64,000 bases of DNA from Vicinamibacteria bacterium. Its GTDB lineage: Bacteria; Acidobacteriota; Vicinamibacteria; Marinacidobacterales; Marinacidobacteraceae. Below, piece by piece: positions 1 to 11,124 of the stretch. The first letter of the stretch is position 1. Each line of letters begins with the position of its first letter. A program made the position numbers and the translations under genes. The DNA is taken from assembly GCA_963668695.2 (NCBI GenBank), contig CAXXLQ010000004.1, forward strand, positions 2,112,001 through 2,176,000. Direction: 5' to 3'. The notes beneath the pieces are model-generated. The model ran no database searches. It had not been told where the DNA came from and saw nothing but the letters and a program-made list of their open reading frames with translations.

Positions 1-1113
1 GTCCGACAGGAACCTCGCCGATGGACAAGGCGGCCGAGGACGACGGCGCCACTTGGGACGACAACGCAGGCTATGGCGCCGGTATCCAGATCAACGTCAC
101 CGATGGATGATGGCGTGACACCGACCTACGCCTGGCGAGGCCGAGTCGTGTCCCGGAAGGCACCTACGGGACGAAACGATCGGTCTCCAAAGCCGGACAA
201 CTGTTTCCGGCTCTCCGCCGCTGGTGCGGTCAACTACCTCGACGGCTACGGCATCGAACTTGCGGCCAAGGGTTCCGCGGTCACCTGGGGCAGCAAGGTG
301 GACTGGGACGAGGATCCGTTCGAGGATCTCAAGTGCGATTCCATGACCTTCATGGCCACGGAGGCCATGGATGTGTGATCTGCGACATGTTCGAGAGGAA
401 GTGGATCAGGCTCTGGCCGGCGGCTGGGGCGGCCGTACAACGGCGCTGTGGGCGTCACGATCGCGAGCCGGCAGGCCAGCTCGAACGCGAACAATGTCGG
501 CAAGCTCGGCATGACGGACGGTGGGTGTCCCGGTGCTTCCGCCGATCGGTTCTCGACCCTCTGGTTCGACGACGACCTGGACGGCAAGATCCGAACAACA
601 GTGCGTGGCGTTCACCACGGCCCGGAATGGGCGGCCTGAACGACCTCTACGACCAACAACGGCGACGAGCGCAACATCGAGGTCGTCTGGCAGTTGCTTC
701 ACGACAAGGACGGCGACCCGAACCGCGGCGACTTCGGCAAGGTCGATCTTTGACGACCAGGCAACCAGCACAGCGGCCACGGACGAGGACGCATCCGGAC
801 GGCAAGGCCGACAACTATGCATCCACCGACGACGCGCGGGCCTGCAGCAACGCTGACGGCGACGGTTGCGACGCTGAGTGGTCCGAGACCTTCGAGGTTC
901 TGTTCGCGGACGGCGTCTTCGGTTGCACGACGAAGCGGGCCGTGACGGTCAGTTGCGAATGGGACGCCGACGGTGAGATGGGCCGCGCGTGGCCAGGACC
1001 ACGGCGACCACCTCGCTTCGACACCGCCGACTGGATTCTTTGCGGATGGACTCCACCGGAACCCCCGGACCCCTGGCTACATTGGCGCTTTCGCCAAGTG
1101 CACCGCGAAGTAA
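1..1113 (+). pseudogene. 3' part of Cys/Asp-rich surface lipoprotein (paralog of 11125-13050), frameshifted; 5' end outside window
   Basis: Across frames it reads YLDGYGIEL..VTWG..DPFEDLKCD, TLWFDDDLDGK, GDFGKVDL, FEVLFADGVFGCTT and ends FAKCTAK-TAA at 1113, matching 11125-13050. Frameshifts could be sequencing errors. Confidence 0.75.
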
Positions 1114-1157
1114 CTTCCTGAAAACGGCATCTGCGCTGAACCGTCGCTGAATCAAAC

Positions 1158-1198
1158 GGGAACCCCGGGGCCATCCGGCCCCGGGGTTCTTCCTTTGT
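1158..1198 (+). terminator. Intrinsic terminator shared by the lipoprotein family
   Basis: GAACCCCGGGGCC-atcc-GGCCCCGGGGTTC stem followed by TTCCTTTGTT. Confidence 0.8.
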
Positions 1199-1259
1199 TG
1201 TACGGCGCTGGCCGCTACCGGAACGGGACCCCCACCGCAGTGTTATGGGCGCCGAGGCA

Positions 1260-1460
1260 CGCGAGCGCTGGGCCGTTCTCCCGGTGGAGCCCTTCAGACC
1301 GGCACTGCGGCCCGCAGGGCCGCGAAACCGCGTACGGCCGAGCGAGAAGAAGCGCGGGGACGGCTTGGAACGCCGGCCTCCGGCCGGCACCGCGCGGGAG
1401 CGCGAAACCAGCGCCGATGACGCTGCCGCCTGCTGGCGTGAGAGCGCCTTCTCCAGCCCC
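1260..1460. repeat. Modular GC-rich intergenic repeat (family C). Other approximate patches: 4600-4960, 10010-10330, 17380-17470, 19980-20110, 23297-23520, 26526-26700, 34920-35120, 41420-41520, 48830-49040, 51900-52130
   Basis: Recurrent blocks CCCTTCAGACCGGCA, GCGAAACTCCC, AAGCGCGGGGACGGCTTGGAACGCCG and GCGCGGGAGCGCGAAACC in variable order and orientation. Confidence 0.75.
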
Positions 1461-2313
1461 AGCGGGTACGGCGCCCCTTCGAACCGCATACCGAAAATCC
1501 CTGGACTCCGGACGGACTCGTCGTCCGCTCGAACGTCAACACTCACGCACCCGACAGCTTCACGGGTTGATTTCCACCACGGGAACGACGACCAGGCTCC
1601 CCCAAAAATCGGCAGTGGAAAAGAGTCCAAATCGCCACTGTCAACACAAAACGCAACACCGGATTACAGGCCGTGTAACGTCGGCGTGTCACTTACGACA
1701 GTCACGCCGCCCAGCCCGGGGCGTGCCGCGGCGGGGTCCGTCACCCGACCCGGGGACGGCGTTGGCGCGCTCGGCTGAACACGTTGCGCATTGATCGCGA
1801 CGGCGGGTGACGCTGCCCTACCGGGCGATGAAAGCATGGCCGCCTCCAGGCCGCACTCGTCTCGCCGCTCTTCCCGGAGCTCTACGGGATCCTCTTCGCC
1901 CTCCTGGCGAAGACGGCCTGAGACGCCGGCCCGCGGCCGCTGACGGTGGCTGACTGCGGAAGCGACGACGCCACGCTCACCGGGGACACGGAGGCCCGCC
2001 GACACCGCACACCCCAACCCCTCGATTGTCGGGCGCGTTCCGCCCCGAGGCGGCTCCCGGCCGTCACCGCGCGCCCAGACGCGCCGATTCGTACTCGGGC
2101 CCGCGACGCGGCCCTCCGCGTGTTCCTGGGGCCGCTGAGAGCGGATCAGAGGGCCGGCGCTCCCGGGCCGCGAGAGAGCCGGGCGGAGCGGCACCGCAGG
2201 AAGGAACCGTTGCAATTGCCGCGGGAACCTACCTAGCCGCGCCGGCGTGCGGCGGGCTAGTTCTCGCCGGGACGAAGCTCGCCGGTTTCCTCGTTGTCCC
2301 CGGCGGCGTTGTC

Positions 2314-2655
2314 CTACCGGCGGCGGTTCTTCGCGGCGATGAACTCCTCGCGGCGCTTGTCAACCCGCGCCATGACTTCGGGAATTACATCGCCTTTTAG
2401 CTCCGACACGAAATGTCCAAGTCCTTGATCCGGCGTTTCGTTCGCTGGAGCGTTTTGGTTAACTGGCGCATTTCTTCCGGCGTAGCGCCCCGCATATCCA
2501 AGGGTTCTTGGCAGCGCTTCATGATTCTTTCTATCGCTTGATACGGCGTCGTAGATCAGGGTAGTCGCTACTAGCACTAGCAGGGATTCCCGGGCTTCGT
2601 ACGGCTCTTGGGTTGGATGTCCCTTTCTGCCTTTCCGTTTTGGGCGAATGGCCAT
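2314..2655 (-). CDS. Hypothetical protein (lower-GC patch)
   Basis: ATG at 2655, 113 aa, visibly lower GC than flanks; no family recognised. Confidence 0.35.
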   Translation of the reverse strand: MAIRPKRKGRKGHPTQEPYEARESLLVLVATTLIYDAVSSDRKNHEALPRTLGYAGRYAGRNAPVNQNAPANETPDQGLGHFVSELKGDVIPEVMARVDKRREEFIAAKNRRR

Positions 2656-2779
2656 TGGTGGTGTCCTCCTGCACAAGGTCAGCAACAGGGTAGTGGGCCC
2701 GCGCTCGGGCTGCGGCGGCGGTCCGCGGTCCGCCCCGCTTTGGGGCGCCATGCTAACTCCACGGGCTGGAGTTGGTCCA

Positions 2780-3485
2780 GCGTAAGGAGAAGGTGGTTTT
2801 CCTGGGCCCTCCGGAGGTGGGGAAGACGCACCTGGCGATCGACCCGGAGAATCGAACGACCGAGCGGGGCCGGCGGGTGGTTTCCGGACCGCTGAGGGAT
2901 TTGGTCGGGTCGCTCGAGGGGGCGGACACGAAGGGGGCAGTTGCTGCGCCGGCCGCGGATCCTTACCCACCTCGCCCTCCTGGTGGTGGACGAGAGCGGC
3001 TACCCGCCGGTGACCCGGAACGGGGCCACGCTCTTCTTCCAGCTCATCAACGAGCGTTACGAGCGGGCGTCCACGGTGCTGACTCGAGCAAGGGGTTCGA
3101 GGAGTGGGGGGCGATCCTCGGAGATGAGGTGATGGCGGCGGCGCTCTGGATCGGCTGCTCCACCACTGCCACCTCGTGAACATCCGGGGGAACAGTTACC
3201 GGATGGGTGACCGCCGCAACCTGGCGCGGGCACTGCATCAGGGCCCGGCGAGAAAGAACCCCGAACAAGGGCCGGCTACCCAAGCGGAGACGCCCCGGTA
3301 AAGCGGCACGCGCGTCGGGCGCGGATCTCCGGTCGCTCCGCTCCCTCCGTCCGCGCCCGACGCGCCTATCCCGGAACTCATCCTCCGCCGCCTATCCGAC
3401 CGAAACCCCTCCAGATCCCGTCAACCCACCCCTCCGCCGGCACCCAATCACCCCGAGTGGGACATTTTGGAAGCCCATTGACACA
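2780..3485 (+). mobile_element. istB: IS21-family remnant: degraded istB ATPase plus right end
   Basis: VVFLGPPEVGKTHLA (Walker A), LLVVDESGY..LFFQLINERYERAS, FEEWGAILGDEVMAAA in different frames; terminal sequence ..GGGACATTTTGGAAGCCCATTGACA. Confidence 0.85.
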
Positions 3486-3660
3486 AGGAGGTAGAGGCGA
3501 TCCGGCAGCCTCAACGCGGCGTTCGACCGGCGATGGCAGAGGGGCTGATCTTCATCGGGTTCTGCGTTGAGCCGACTTTCCCCACAGTGGGACGGCCGGG
3601 CGTGGGTTTCACCAAGAAGTCACCCCGGGTTCCGTCTGTATATGGTGGAGGAGTTCCCCA

Positions 3661-4093
3661 GTGACCGAACGAACCACTGAAATGCCGGAGACCGGAGACC
3701 GGGGTCCGATTGCCGCAGGGGCCGGACCGTTTCTATACTCCCTCAGGTGATCGACAGGGATACCCGATGACGGGTGCGCGGAGGGGGGAGTTCGCCGGGC
3801 GCAACGCACCGTCCAGGGAACCGCTCACCCGGACAGAGCGGCTCTTGGTCACGATGTTCGTCACCATGTTTGCGACGATGCTCGGGGCCGGCGCGCTCGG
3901 GTTCACGGCGATCAGCAGTCAACTTCTGGACATGCAGAAGCAGATCGGCGGCGTGCAGGCCGAAATCGGCAATCTCCGCACGGAGATGCACAAGGAGATC
4001 GGCGACCTCTCCAACCGCATCACCCGCGTCGAAACGTTGATCCAGGCGCACCTCGTTCCACGGTCGGGCGCGCCGCCCGCGGCGGGCCCCTGA
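3661..4093 (+). CDS. Small membrane-anchored coiled-coil protein; 5' end frameshifted by a 7-bp duplication (possible restart at ATG 3767)
   Basis: TM segment LLVTMFVTMFATMLGAGALGF plus heptad IGxLRTEMxxE repeats; paralog at 17564-17971; GGAGG RBS before GTG 3661. Confidence 0.7.
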
Positions 4094-4449
4094 ACCCTGC
4101 GCGCCTCGGTCAGGTCACACCGGAATCGTCCGCGCTCCCTCCAGGGTCCGCTCGTGTGCGACCGGGATGAGCAGTTCGCCAGCGGGACGCCTTGACCTAG
4201 CCCACCGACGGGGTCCTCCGCCTCATGGCGGGGCGCCCATGCCCATGACCCGCACCCCGGGGTTTCAATGGCCGGCTCGTCCGCGATGTCGACGAACCAG
4301 GGACGGTCCGGGCTCGCGAGGGGGCGGCGATCCTTCAGTCTGCGAAGCGCTGTTCTTACGGAATCGAGGGCGACTTCTTCGCAACTCAACTGTAGACCGG
4401 AAAAAAGTCGGCACGGATTCCGTCTCGGATCCGGATCGCCACGTTTGCG

Positions 4450-4502
4450 GGGTTGGTCACCATGTTCGCTGCGATGCTCGGGGCCGGCGCGCTTTGGGTC
4501 CG
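4450..4502 (+). pseudogene. Fragment of the same membrane coiled-coil family
   Basis: GTCACCATGTTCGCTGCGATGCTCGGGGCCGGCGCG matches 3860-3897. Confidence 0.5.
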
Positions 4503-5144
4503 TCGGCGGAACGCGGTTCCGCCCGCGTGCGGCGGGCTGCCGGCCCCCACCCGGAGAAACCCGCATGATCGGGTCCGCCCGTTCACCCCGCCCGCATGAA
4601 AAAGGTGATGCAGCACTCACGTTGGCCGGGCCCGGCGTCACCGAAGCAGGTTTCGCGCTCCCGCGCGATGCCGGCCAGAGGCCGGTGGCCAGTTCTCCCG
4701 GTGGGGGCCCGCTGTCGTGCACCGTCTTGGCCCCAGAGGTACGCGCCGAGAAGAGAGCCATCCCGGCGGTTGGGGTCTGCCGGTTGGGGTCTCTGCCGCC
4801 GCGGCCCTGCGGGCCGCTGTGCCGGCCCCCACCGGGAGAACTGGCCGGAGGTCGGCGTTCCAAGCCGTCCCCGCGCTTCGGCTCAGTCAGCTAGACGCGG
4901 TTCCGCCCGCCTGCGGCGGGCTGCGCCGGGCTGAAGGGCCCCACCGGGAGAACTGCCCAGCGTTCCCTGCCTCTGCACTGGCGTGCCGGTGTGAGGCCGG
5001 GGTTCCCAGCCTCTGCACTGCCAGACGAACTGAGCCGTACATAGAAAACACCCGCCGGGGCGGGTGTCACGGGGAGCGACGATTGCCGCTCCCCGTGGGG
5101 TTCCGGCCGATTTTGGCCGGGGTCAGGTGATCGTCAGGTAATCG

Positions 5145-5480
5145 TCAGCTTGAGGCGTTGATCGAGGTCACCGTGATCGTGTTGGTCGCCTCGTCGAGGG
5201 TGCCCATCACCGTGACTTCCATGCCCAGGTGCTCCAGCGCTGCCTCGTTGGTGATGTCGAGGAGGTGGAAGCCGTCCGGGCTCGCGAGGGCCACACTGTC
5301 GCCCCCGTTCAGGCAGGCGGTGGCGCAGCCCTTGTGGGCTTCGTTGCCGGCCTTGGCGAAGTCCTTCGCGCAGGCCTGATCGGCGACCCAACCGGTGAAG
5401 GTCATGTCCTCGGCGGCGGCCGAGGCGACGAAAGCGCCGCAGGCGAGCAGCGCGAGGGCGAGGATGAGGAGTTTCTTCAT
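5145..5480 (-). CDS. Small secreted Cys/His-containing protein
   Basis: Signal peptide MKKLLILALALL..AAA; GWVADQAC..HKGCATAC..G motif. Confidence 0.8.
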   Translation of the reverse strand: MKKLLILALALLACGAFVASAAAEDMTFTGWVADQACAKDFAKAGNEAHKGCATACLNGGDSVALASPDGFHLLDITNEAALEHLGMEVTVMGTLDEATNTITVTSINASS

Positions 5481-5599
5481 CTGGGTTGTCCTTGATGGCT
5501 GGGACGCCCCGCAGGGCGTGCCCGGAAAGTAAAGGGAGGCGCGCATTGTACCCGGATGGGGGCCAGGGCGACACGGGGTTCTGAGCGCCTCCGGGTACG

Positions 5600-5632
5600 A
5601 AAAAAGCGGGGGCGGCCGAAGCCGCCCCCGCC
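5600..5632 (-). terminator. Intrinsic terminator of FN3 lipoprotein gene
   Basis: AAAAAAG-CGGGGGCGGC-cgaa-GCCGCCCCCG (hairpin plus U tract on minus strand). Confidence 0.75.
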
Positions 5633-5654
5633 GGGTCTTGCTCGTCAGAAGGTG

Positions 5655-7613
5655 CTAGTTCGTCGTCGTCGCCGGGGTTGGATGGTATAGGCGGAACTGA
5701 AGGCCCACGGGCCAAACCGGGTCTCGTCTCAGCTTCGCCCGAACGCAGACGTTCATACTCGCTGGGTTCCGCACTCTGGGAGTGGTCCCCGTAATCGCTC
5801 GGTCGGGCCGAGGCTGGTCGCCGACCCGGATGATGATTCCGTCCGGGTCATTCGAAATGCTGTTCGGCGACCACATCCGCGATGGTCCACTGCATCTGAT
5901 CACCCTGCGAGCCGCTCTCCGAGAGATCGCAACCGCCGATGGTCGGAGCGGTCACGGTGTCGTCCTTGAGCTCGTCCGCGTCGTCGCCGTTCGTACCGGC
6001 TGGGATACTTGATGGACTTCACCGTGTAGTCATCGTCCATCCGGGGCACGTCCAGGTCGTTGCGAACCGACACGCTCCACACCGGTGAGGCCATGGTATC
6101 CGTCACGTTGGTAAGGGAAGTTGCGATCCGGGGTGTGTTCGGTCTGGCTGGCAGCGTGACTACGTCGGCATTGGAGGGCGGGACCACCCAGTTCGTCGCA
6201 CCGCCGTCGTTCATCAGTCGGAAACACAGCAGATACCCGGTGTAGGCCTGCAGGCTCCGGTCGAGCGTGATCTCGCCGAACATGATGTCGATGTCGGAAT
6301 CGCCGCTGTCCAACTGCGTGCCGGCGGTGCAGGCGTCCTGCACCTTGTCTGCCATCGTCATATCGGTGATCTTGTTGTCTCGGTGCGGATCGGCGGCTAC
6401 GCGGAAGTCGTAGTCGAATCCAGCCTTGATTGTGATCATGCTGATGCTCCAGGTAATGGCGGTGGTCTGGTCGCGCATCGCGTCGTCGCTGGGCACGCCC
6501 ACGGCGGGCTCGTCAGGCGGCATCGCCACGCCCTTCAGGAACGACATGTGCTCCTTGTCCTTCGTGCGAACGCACAGACTCCCAGCTTCTCCCGAGCCGA
6601 CCGTGAGTGGATGCCACGTCGCCAACGCTCCTGCCGTGGGTGAGTCGTACGTCGCAGTCTCACACGCTTTGGCGCTCGTGGCCGTCTGCAACCTCGTATT
6701 CCGTCCCGGAAATCTGATCCCAAGCGAAATTGATCATGGTTTCGCTATCACTGGTCCAGATGAGGTTCAGATCACCGGACCCCATGACGACGGCCGGGCC
6801 GGTGTCGTCCGCGGTCGTTGCGTCGGTCTCGCTCCAGGAACTCGCGGTATGAGCGTCATCGTCCGAAGCGGGCACGGCGCGGACGCGGAACTCGTAGTCG
6901 GTCTCCGGAGTAAGGCCGGTCGCGACGCAGGAGGTGTCCTCCGTCGAACCGCTGCCGCCCTCGCCGCAGGTCGCGTCGCTCCACGAGCCGGTGCCGTCAA
7001 CACGCTGCTCCACCTCGTAGGTTGCGGCGTTCCTCACGTCGTCCCAACTGAGGTTCACCGTGGTCTCACCGGGATTCGATGCGCCCAGGTCGCCCGGAGC
7101 GGAGAGTGGGGCGGCCGGTGGCGGGGCGCTGGTCGTCCCCTGGCGTCCGTCGCTCCAGTCGCTGAAGGTCAGATCGGTCAGGGAAGTCCCGGTGCCGGAA
7201 CGCACCCGGAAATGCCCGGTCATGTTGCCGGGCAGGTTCTCCAACCGGTGGGAGGTCTTTGGGGCGACGGATCAGACACGTCCGGTCGGCTGTCCGTGAA
7301 GGTGGTGTCGTGCTGAACTGGCCCTGGTAGCCGAGCACGCCCTCAACCGCATCCCACGTCCAGGTTATGGAGTTGGAGGTAGCCGCTGACACCCGAACAT
7401 TGCTCGGGCGTTGCGGGACCCGTCGGCTCAGGCTCCGGCTCCGGCTCCGGTGGGTGTGGGGTGGGCGTCGGGGTTGGTGCCGAGCGCCGGGGTGGTCGGA
7501 GCCGGAACCTCTTCGTCCCCGCAGGCCGAAATCATGAGGCCGGCGCCGAGCAGCAGCGCGAGCAACGGGGCCCACCCGCCGACGGATGTGAACTTGCCAG
7601 TGAGCGACTTCAT
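5655..7613 (-). pseudogene. Fibronectin type III-domain surface lipoprotein, split by several frameshifts
   Basis: Lipobox MISAC/GDEE; Pro linker; FN3 motifs (SITWTWDAVEG..GYQ, VNLSWDDV..YEVEQR, GLTPETDYEFRVRAV) spread over ORFs 7428-7694, 7066-7575, 6660-7244, 5900-6691 and 5655-5903. Confidence 0.75.
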
Positions 7614-7864
7614 GCGACCTACCTCCCGGTGCGGTGCGTGCGGACCAAGTTGAACAAGGTCCAGGCCGATATAGATATGCCCCCAGCCTACCACACTTTG
7701 GGGCCGTTCTTCTACCGCAACCCCGGCGCGCGCGGGGTGCCGGTGAGGGCGTAATTCATGCCCTCCAGATCCTGCAAGAAGCCCATTCTATGCGCTTTCG
7801 AGACGCATTTCCGCCACAACCGGGAGCCGCACCGGACCGGCGGCGGCATGGCATCCGATCCCCG

Positions 7865-8800
7865 TCAGGGGGTGTCGCCTCCGAGAGACGTACTGCAGAC
7901 GGGCCGTTCGGGTGGCGGGAGGGGTTCGCCCTCCGCGAAGACGCGGCAGGCGACGTTCGAGCAGAGTTGGGCCGGGCCGCGTCCCGGGTCGGGACACGGC
8001 CGGAACCGGAAGTCCCATTCGAGGCGGGTCAGCTTCCACCGGACGGTTAGCTCGTGCCGGAAGCCGGCGCCGGCAGGTTCGCTGCGGATGCTCAGGATCT
8101 GTGACGTCGGGTCCGGATCCAGGCGCAGGAAATCCGCCGTGTCCGACTCCACGGTGATGTCCGTCTCGTAGATTCCATGTTGGCAGGACGCCCCGCCTTG
8201 GGACCGGCGCGGCGTGGCGGTGGTCAATCGCACCCCCGAGCACCGGTCCGCCCCGTCGAGGATCACCACCTCGATCTCGGCTCTTCGGAAGGCCACCCGG
8301 ACCGGCCATCCGTAGCGAACGCTTTCCGCGGGGTCGGTTTCGGTGGAAAGGCGGAGCCGCAGGGTTTCCCGTTCTTCCGAGAGGCCGTCCTCCCGCGCCC
8401 GGACGGGGATCACCGCGATGTCGCTTACGGGTGGGGTCCTTCCCGCACCCCATCCATAGACAGCCACCCGCCTCGCCACCACGACATCCTCAGGGGATCC
8501 GCTCTCACCTTCGACGGTGACGCGCAGCGGAACCGTCAGTTGATGGAACCAGGCGCGGCTGAGATTGATGTCGGCGTCGAACCGCACCTCCAGCGGGATG
8601 GTCTGCCCTTCCCGGATCTCGACGCGCTCCTGCGCGAACCCGACCACGATGTCCCCTTCCGGATCGGGCGGCGGCTCCGGAGGCGGAGGCGGTGCGGGCG
8701 TCACCGGGGGCGGCGTGACGGCGGGGGGCGCGGACGGTCCGGAATCGCCGCACCCCCAGACGCAAACGGCGCCCACAACGAAGGCCAGGGCCCGTTTCAA
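7865..8800 (-). CDS. Lipoprotein: Pro linker, Calx-beta-like Ig domain and Cys-capped C-terminal domain
   Basis: Lipobox VWGC; VGFAQERVEIREG..AREDGLSE..ETLRLRL; C-terminal PC..LCSNVAC; paralog of 30806-31741. Confidence 0.8.
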   Translation of the reverse strand: MKRALAFVVGAVCVWGCGDSGPSAPPAVTPPPVTPAPPPPPEPPPDPEGDIVVGFAQERVEIREGQTIPLEVRFDADINLSRAWFHQLTVPLRVTVEGESGSPEDVVVARRVAVYGWGAGRTPPVSDIAVIPVRAREDGLSEERETLRLRLSTETDPAESVRYGWPVRVAFRRAEIEVVILDGADRCSGVRLTTATPRRSQGGASCQHGIYETDITVESDTADFLRLDPDPTSQILSIRSEPAGAGFRHELTVRWKLTRLEWDFRFRPCPDPGRGPAQLCSNVACRVFAEGEPLPPPERPVCSTSLGGDTP

Positions 8801-8801
8801 C

Positions 8802-9911
8802 TCAGTTCTCCTCGGGTCGCACGTGGATCGTGAGCGGCCCGCTCCGGCTTCCGGCGCGCACTTCGACCGCGCCGAGCACCGTGGTCTCCGGGAACTCCAG
8901 GGTGGCTTCCGGCAACAGGGACTGGTGGGCGCGGGGGATCAGGATGGGATGGACCTTGACGAGATATCGGCCCGGCTCGAGTCCCTCGATGGAAAAGGAA
9001 CCGAACGAGTCCGTGAAGGCGCTCACCCCGAACCGGGACGGCTCCCCGTTCTCGATCCGGCTGGCCAGCACGAGCGCGGAGCGCACCGAGCTTCCATCGT
9101 CCTGAAGGGCAATGCCCCAGAGGCTGCCCGTGGCCTCAAGCCACCCGGCGCGCGGCCGCAACAGGGAGACCCCCACCGCGTCGTCGGGAGTGATCAGGTC
9201 GAGACGACCGCTGCCGTAGCTCACCTCGAACCTCCGGGTGGGGTTCACGCCGTAGGACATCACCGGATCGAGGCCCAGTTGCACTTCGGAGAGCTGCTCG
9301 CGGAATCCGATGTCCGGATACGCCGCCGAATGGCTGAGGCCCAGGCAGTGCCCGAACTCGTGGACCAGGACATAGACCAGGTAGGCGCTGCCGAGACGGT
9401 TGGAGCCGGTCGGGTAGTGATCGGGAATCGTGACTTCGCAGCGGGAGAGGATGATGCGCTCACCGATTCGGCGGATCCGAGCTCCGCCTCTCGCCCGCCC
9501 CAGCGGTCCTTCGTCCGTCAGGGTCACGAACAGGCCGTTTTCAGCGCCCTCGTAGACATCGGGGCTGACCAGCCCGACGGTGAAATCGAGATCCGCGGTT
9601 TCGATTTCGGACCAGTATCCAAGGGCGTCCTCGGTCAGCCGCTTGACTCGCTCGAAGATGGCCGGACCCCAGGTCGGGTCCTCCACGATCCCGACCTCGA
9701 CCGTTTCTCCCAGCGGCCAGAAGTCCGAATCCCAGGTCACGAACGGGGGCCACGAGGAGGCAGTGACGACCGTGTTGTGGGGGCCGAAGCCGAGGAAGCG
9801 GTAGGCGGCCGCTTGATGGGGGAGCGAGCCAGCGGCCAGGAGGAGGGCCGCGAGGGCGGCCTGGAGGAGGATCCCGGAGAGACGGCGCGGCTTCTGTCGC
9901 GTGCGCTTCAC
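8802..9911 (-). CDS. Secreted matrixin-like (M10) zinc metalloprotease with C-terminal carboxypeptidase-regulatory-like domain
   Basis: Signal peptide ending AAA/YRF; HEFGHCLGLSH; Met-turn PVMSY; TDSFGSFSIEGLEPGRY. Start codon estimated. Confidence 0.85.
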   Translation of the reverse strand: MKRTRQKPRRLSGILLQAALAALLLAAGSLPHQAAAYRFLGFGPHNTVVTASSWPPFVTWDSDFWPLGETVEVGIVEDPTWGPAIFERVKRLTEDALGYWSEIETADLDFTVGLVSPDVYEGAENGLFVTLTDEGPLGRARGGARIRRIGERIILSRCEVTIPDHYPTGSNRLGSAYLVYVLVHEFGHCLGLSHSAAYPDIGFREQLSEVQLGLDPVMSYGVNPTRRFEVSYGSGRLDLITPDDAVGVSLLRPRAGWLEATGSLWGIALQDDGSSVRSALVLASRIENGEPSRFGVSAFTDSFGSFSIEGLEPGRYLVKVHPILIPRAHQSLLPEATLEFPETTVLGAVEVRAGSRSGPLTIHVRPEEN

Positions 9912-10339
9912 GGGGACCAACGATACGCCCTCGGAAGGCGCGGAGTGTTTCCGGCAGGGGGAGCCGTGAGCGGTTGCCGTCCAGCATCCGGAGAGCGTGC
10001 GGCACTGACGTTGGCAGAGGGCAGCGTCATCGGAGCTGGTTTCGCGCTCCCGCGCGATGCCGGTCGGAGGCCGGCGCTCCGCTGTCGCGCGCCGTGCGGG
10101 TGAGTGGCGGAGGGAGTTTCGCCCGCTGTGCGGGCGATGCCGGTCTGAAGGGCCCCACCGGGAGAACTGGCCAGCGCTCCTGACGTGCGCCGTGCGGGTG
10201 AGTGGCGGAGGGAGTTTCGCCCGCTGCGCGGGCGATGCCGGCGATGCCGGTCTGAAGGGCTCCACCGGGAGAACTGCCCAGCGCTCCAAGCCGTCCCCGC
10301 GCTTCTTCCCGGTCAGCGGTACGCGGCTTCACTACCCGC

Positions 10340-10385
10340 GTACATACAGAAGAACCCCGGGGCCGGATGGCCCCGGGGTTCCCGT
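10340..10385 (-). terminator. Family terminator, copy 2
   Basis: Same GAACCCCGGGGCC hairpin as 1158-1198, inverted. Confidence 0.75.
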
Positions 10386-10424
10386 TTGATTTCAGATCAG
10401 ACGGTTTTCAGGAGACGCAGATCC

Positions 10425-10934
10425 TTACTTCGCCGAGCACTTGATGTAGTTGCTTCTGTTGTTGTCGTCGTTGGCTGCGGCGCTGTCGAGGTCAGCGGCG
10501 TTCGGCAAAGCGTTGCGGCCCTGCGTCATTCCGCCATCGGCATCCCACTCACAGGTGACCGTGATGGCCCGGGTCGTGGAGCAACCGAAGGTGCCGTCCG
10601 CGAACAAGATCTCGATGTCGTTCTCCCAGGTCGCGTCGCACTCGGAGCCGTCAGCGTCGTCGCCGCCGTCGTCCTCGCTGCAACCGCGGAAGTCGTCAGC
10701 ACCCGCCAGGCCCGTCGGATAGTTATCCGCCTTGCCGTCAGGATTCAACGCCGTCCTGCCCGTTTGCTCCGTCGCTTCGGCGCCTTCGCATCCAGTATCA
10801 ATACCGGCGGCGTTTGTCGCCACCCAATCGACGCCCGAGGCGCACGCCTCGAGCACAATCGTGGTCTCGTTGTCGGCGGTCCTGGCGTTGTCCAAGTCGC
10901 TGATCATGTCGACCTTGCCGAGGTCGCCCGCCAT
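10425..10934 (-). CDS. Orphan C-terminal cassette of the Cys/Asp-rich lipoprotein family (no signal peptide)
   Basis: GDLGKVDM..NPDGKADN..ILFADGTFGCSTTR..CEWDADG..YIKCSAK in an intact frame; homology begins abruptly at a repeat junction. Confidence 0.7.
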   Translation of the reverse strand: MAGDLGKVDMISDLDNARTADNETTIVLEACASGVDWVATNAAGIDTGCEGAEATEQTGRTALNPDGKADNYPTGLAGADDFRGCSEDDGGDDADGSECDATWENDIEILFADGTFGCSTTRAITVTCEWDADGGMTQGRNALPNAADLDSAAANDDNNRSNYIKCSAK

Positions 10935-11049
10935 CCTGAAGGCCGGCGTTCCTTGGCTGCGCGCATTCTGTCCCGCGGGGGGACGTGCCGAGAGGGGCGC
11001 CATCCAGGAACAGGGCGGTACGCGGTTTTGCGGCGGTCACGACCCGCGT

Positions 11050-11090
11050 ACAAAGGAAGAACCCCGGGGCCGGCTGGCCCCGGGGTTCCG
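11050..11090 (-). terminator. Family terminator, copy 3
   Basis: GAACCCCGGGGCC..GGCCCCGGGGTTC preceded by AAAGGAA. Confidence 0.75.
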
Positions 11091-11124
11091 GTTGGGTTCA
11101 GCGAATCAGACGCAATGTCCAATC

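Noticed and set aside
1790-2236. Possible degraded gene
   Set aside because: No consistent frame or recognisable family.
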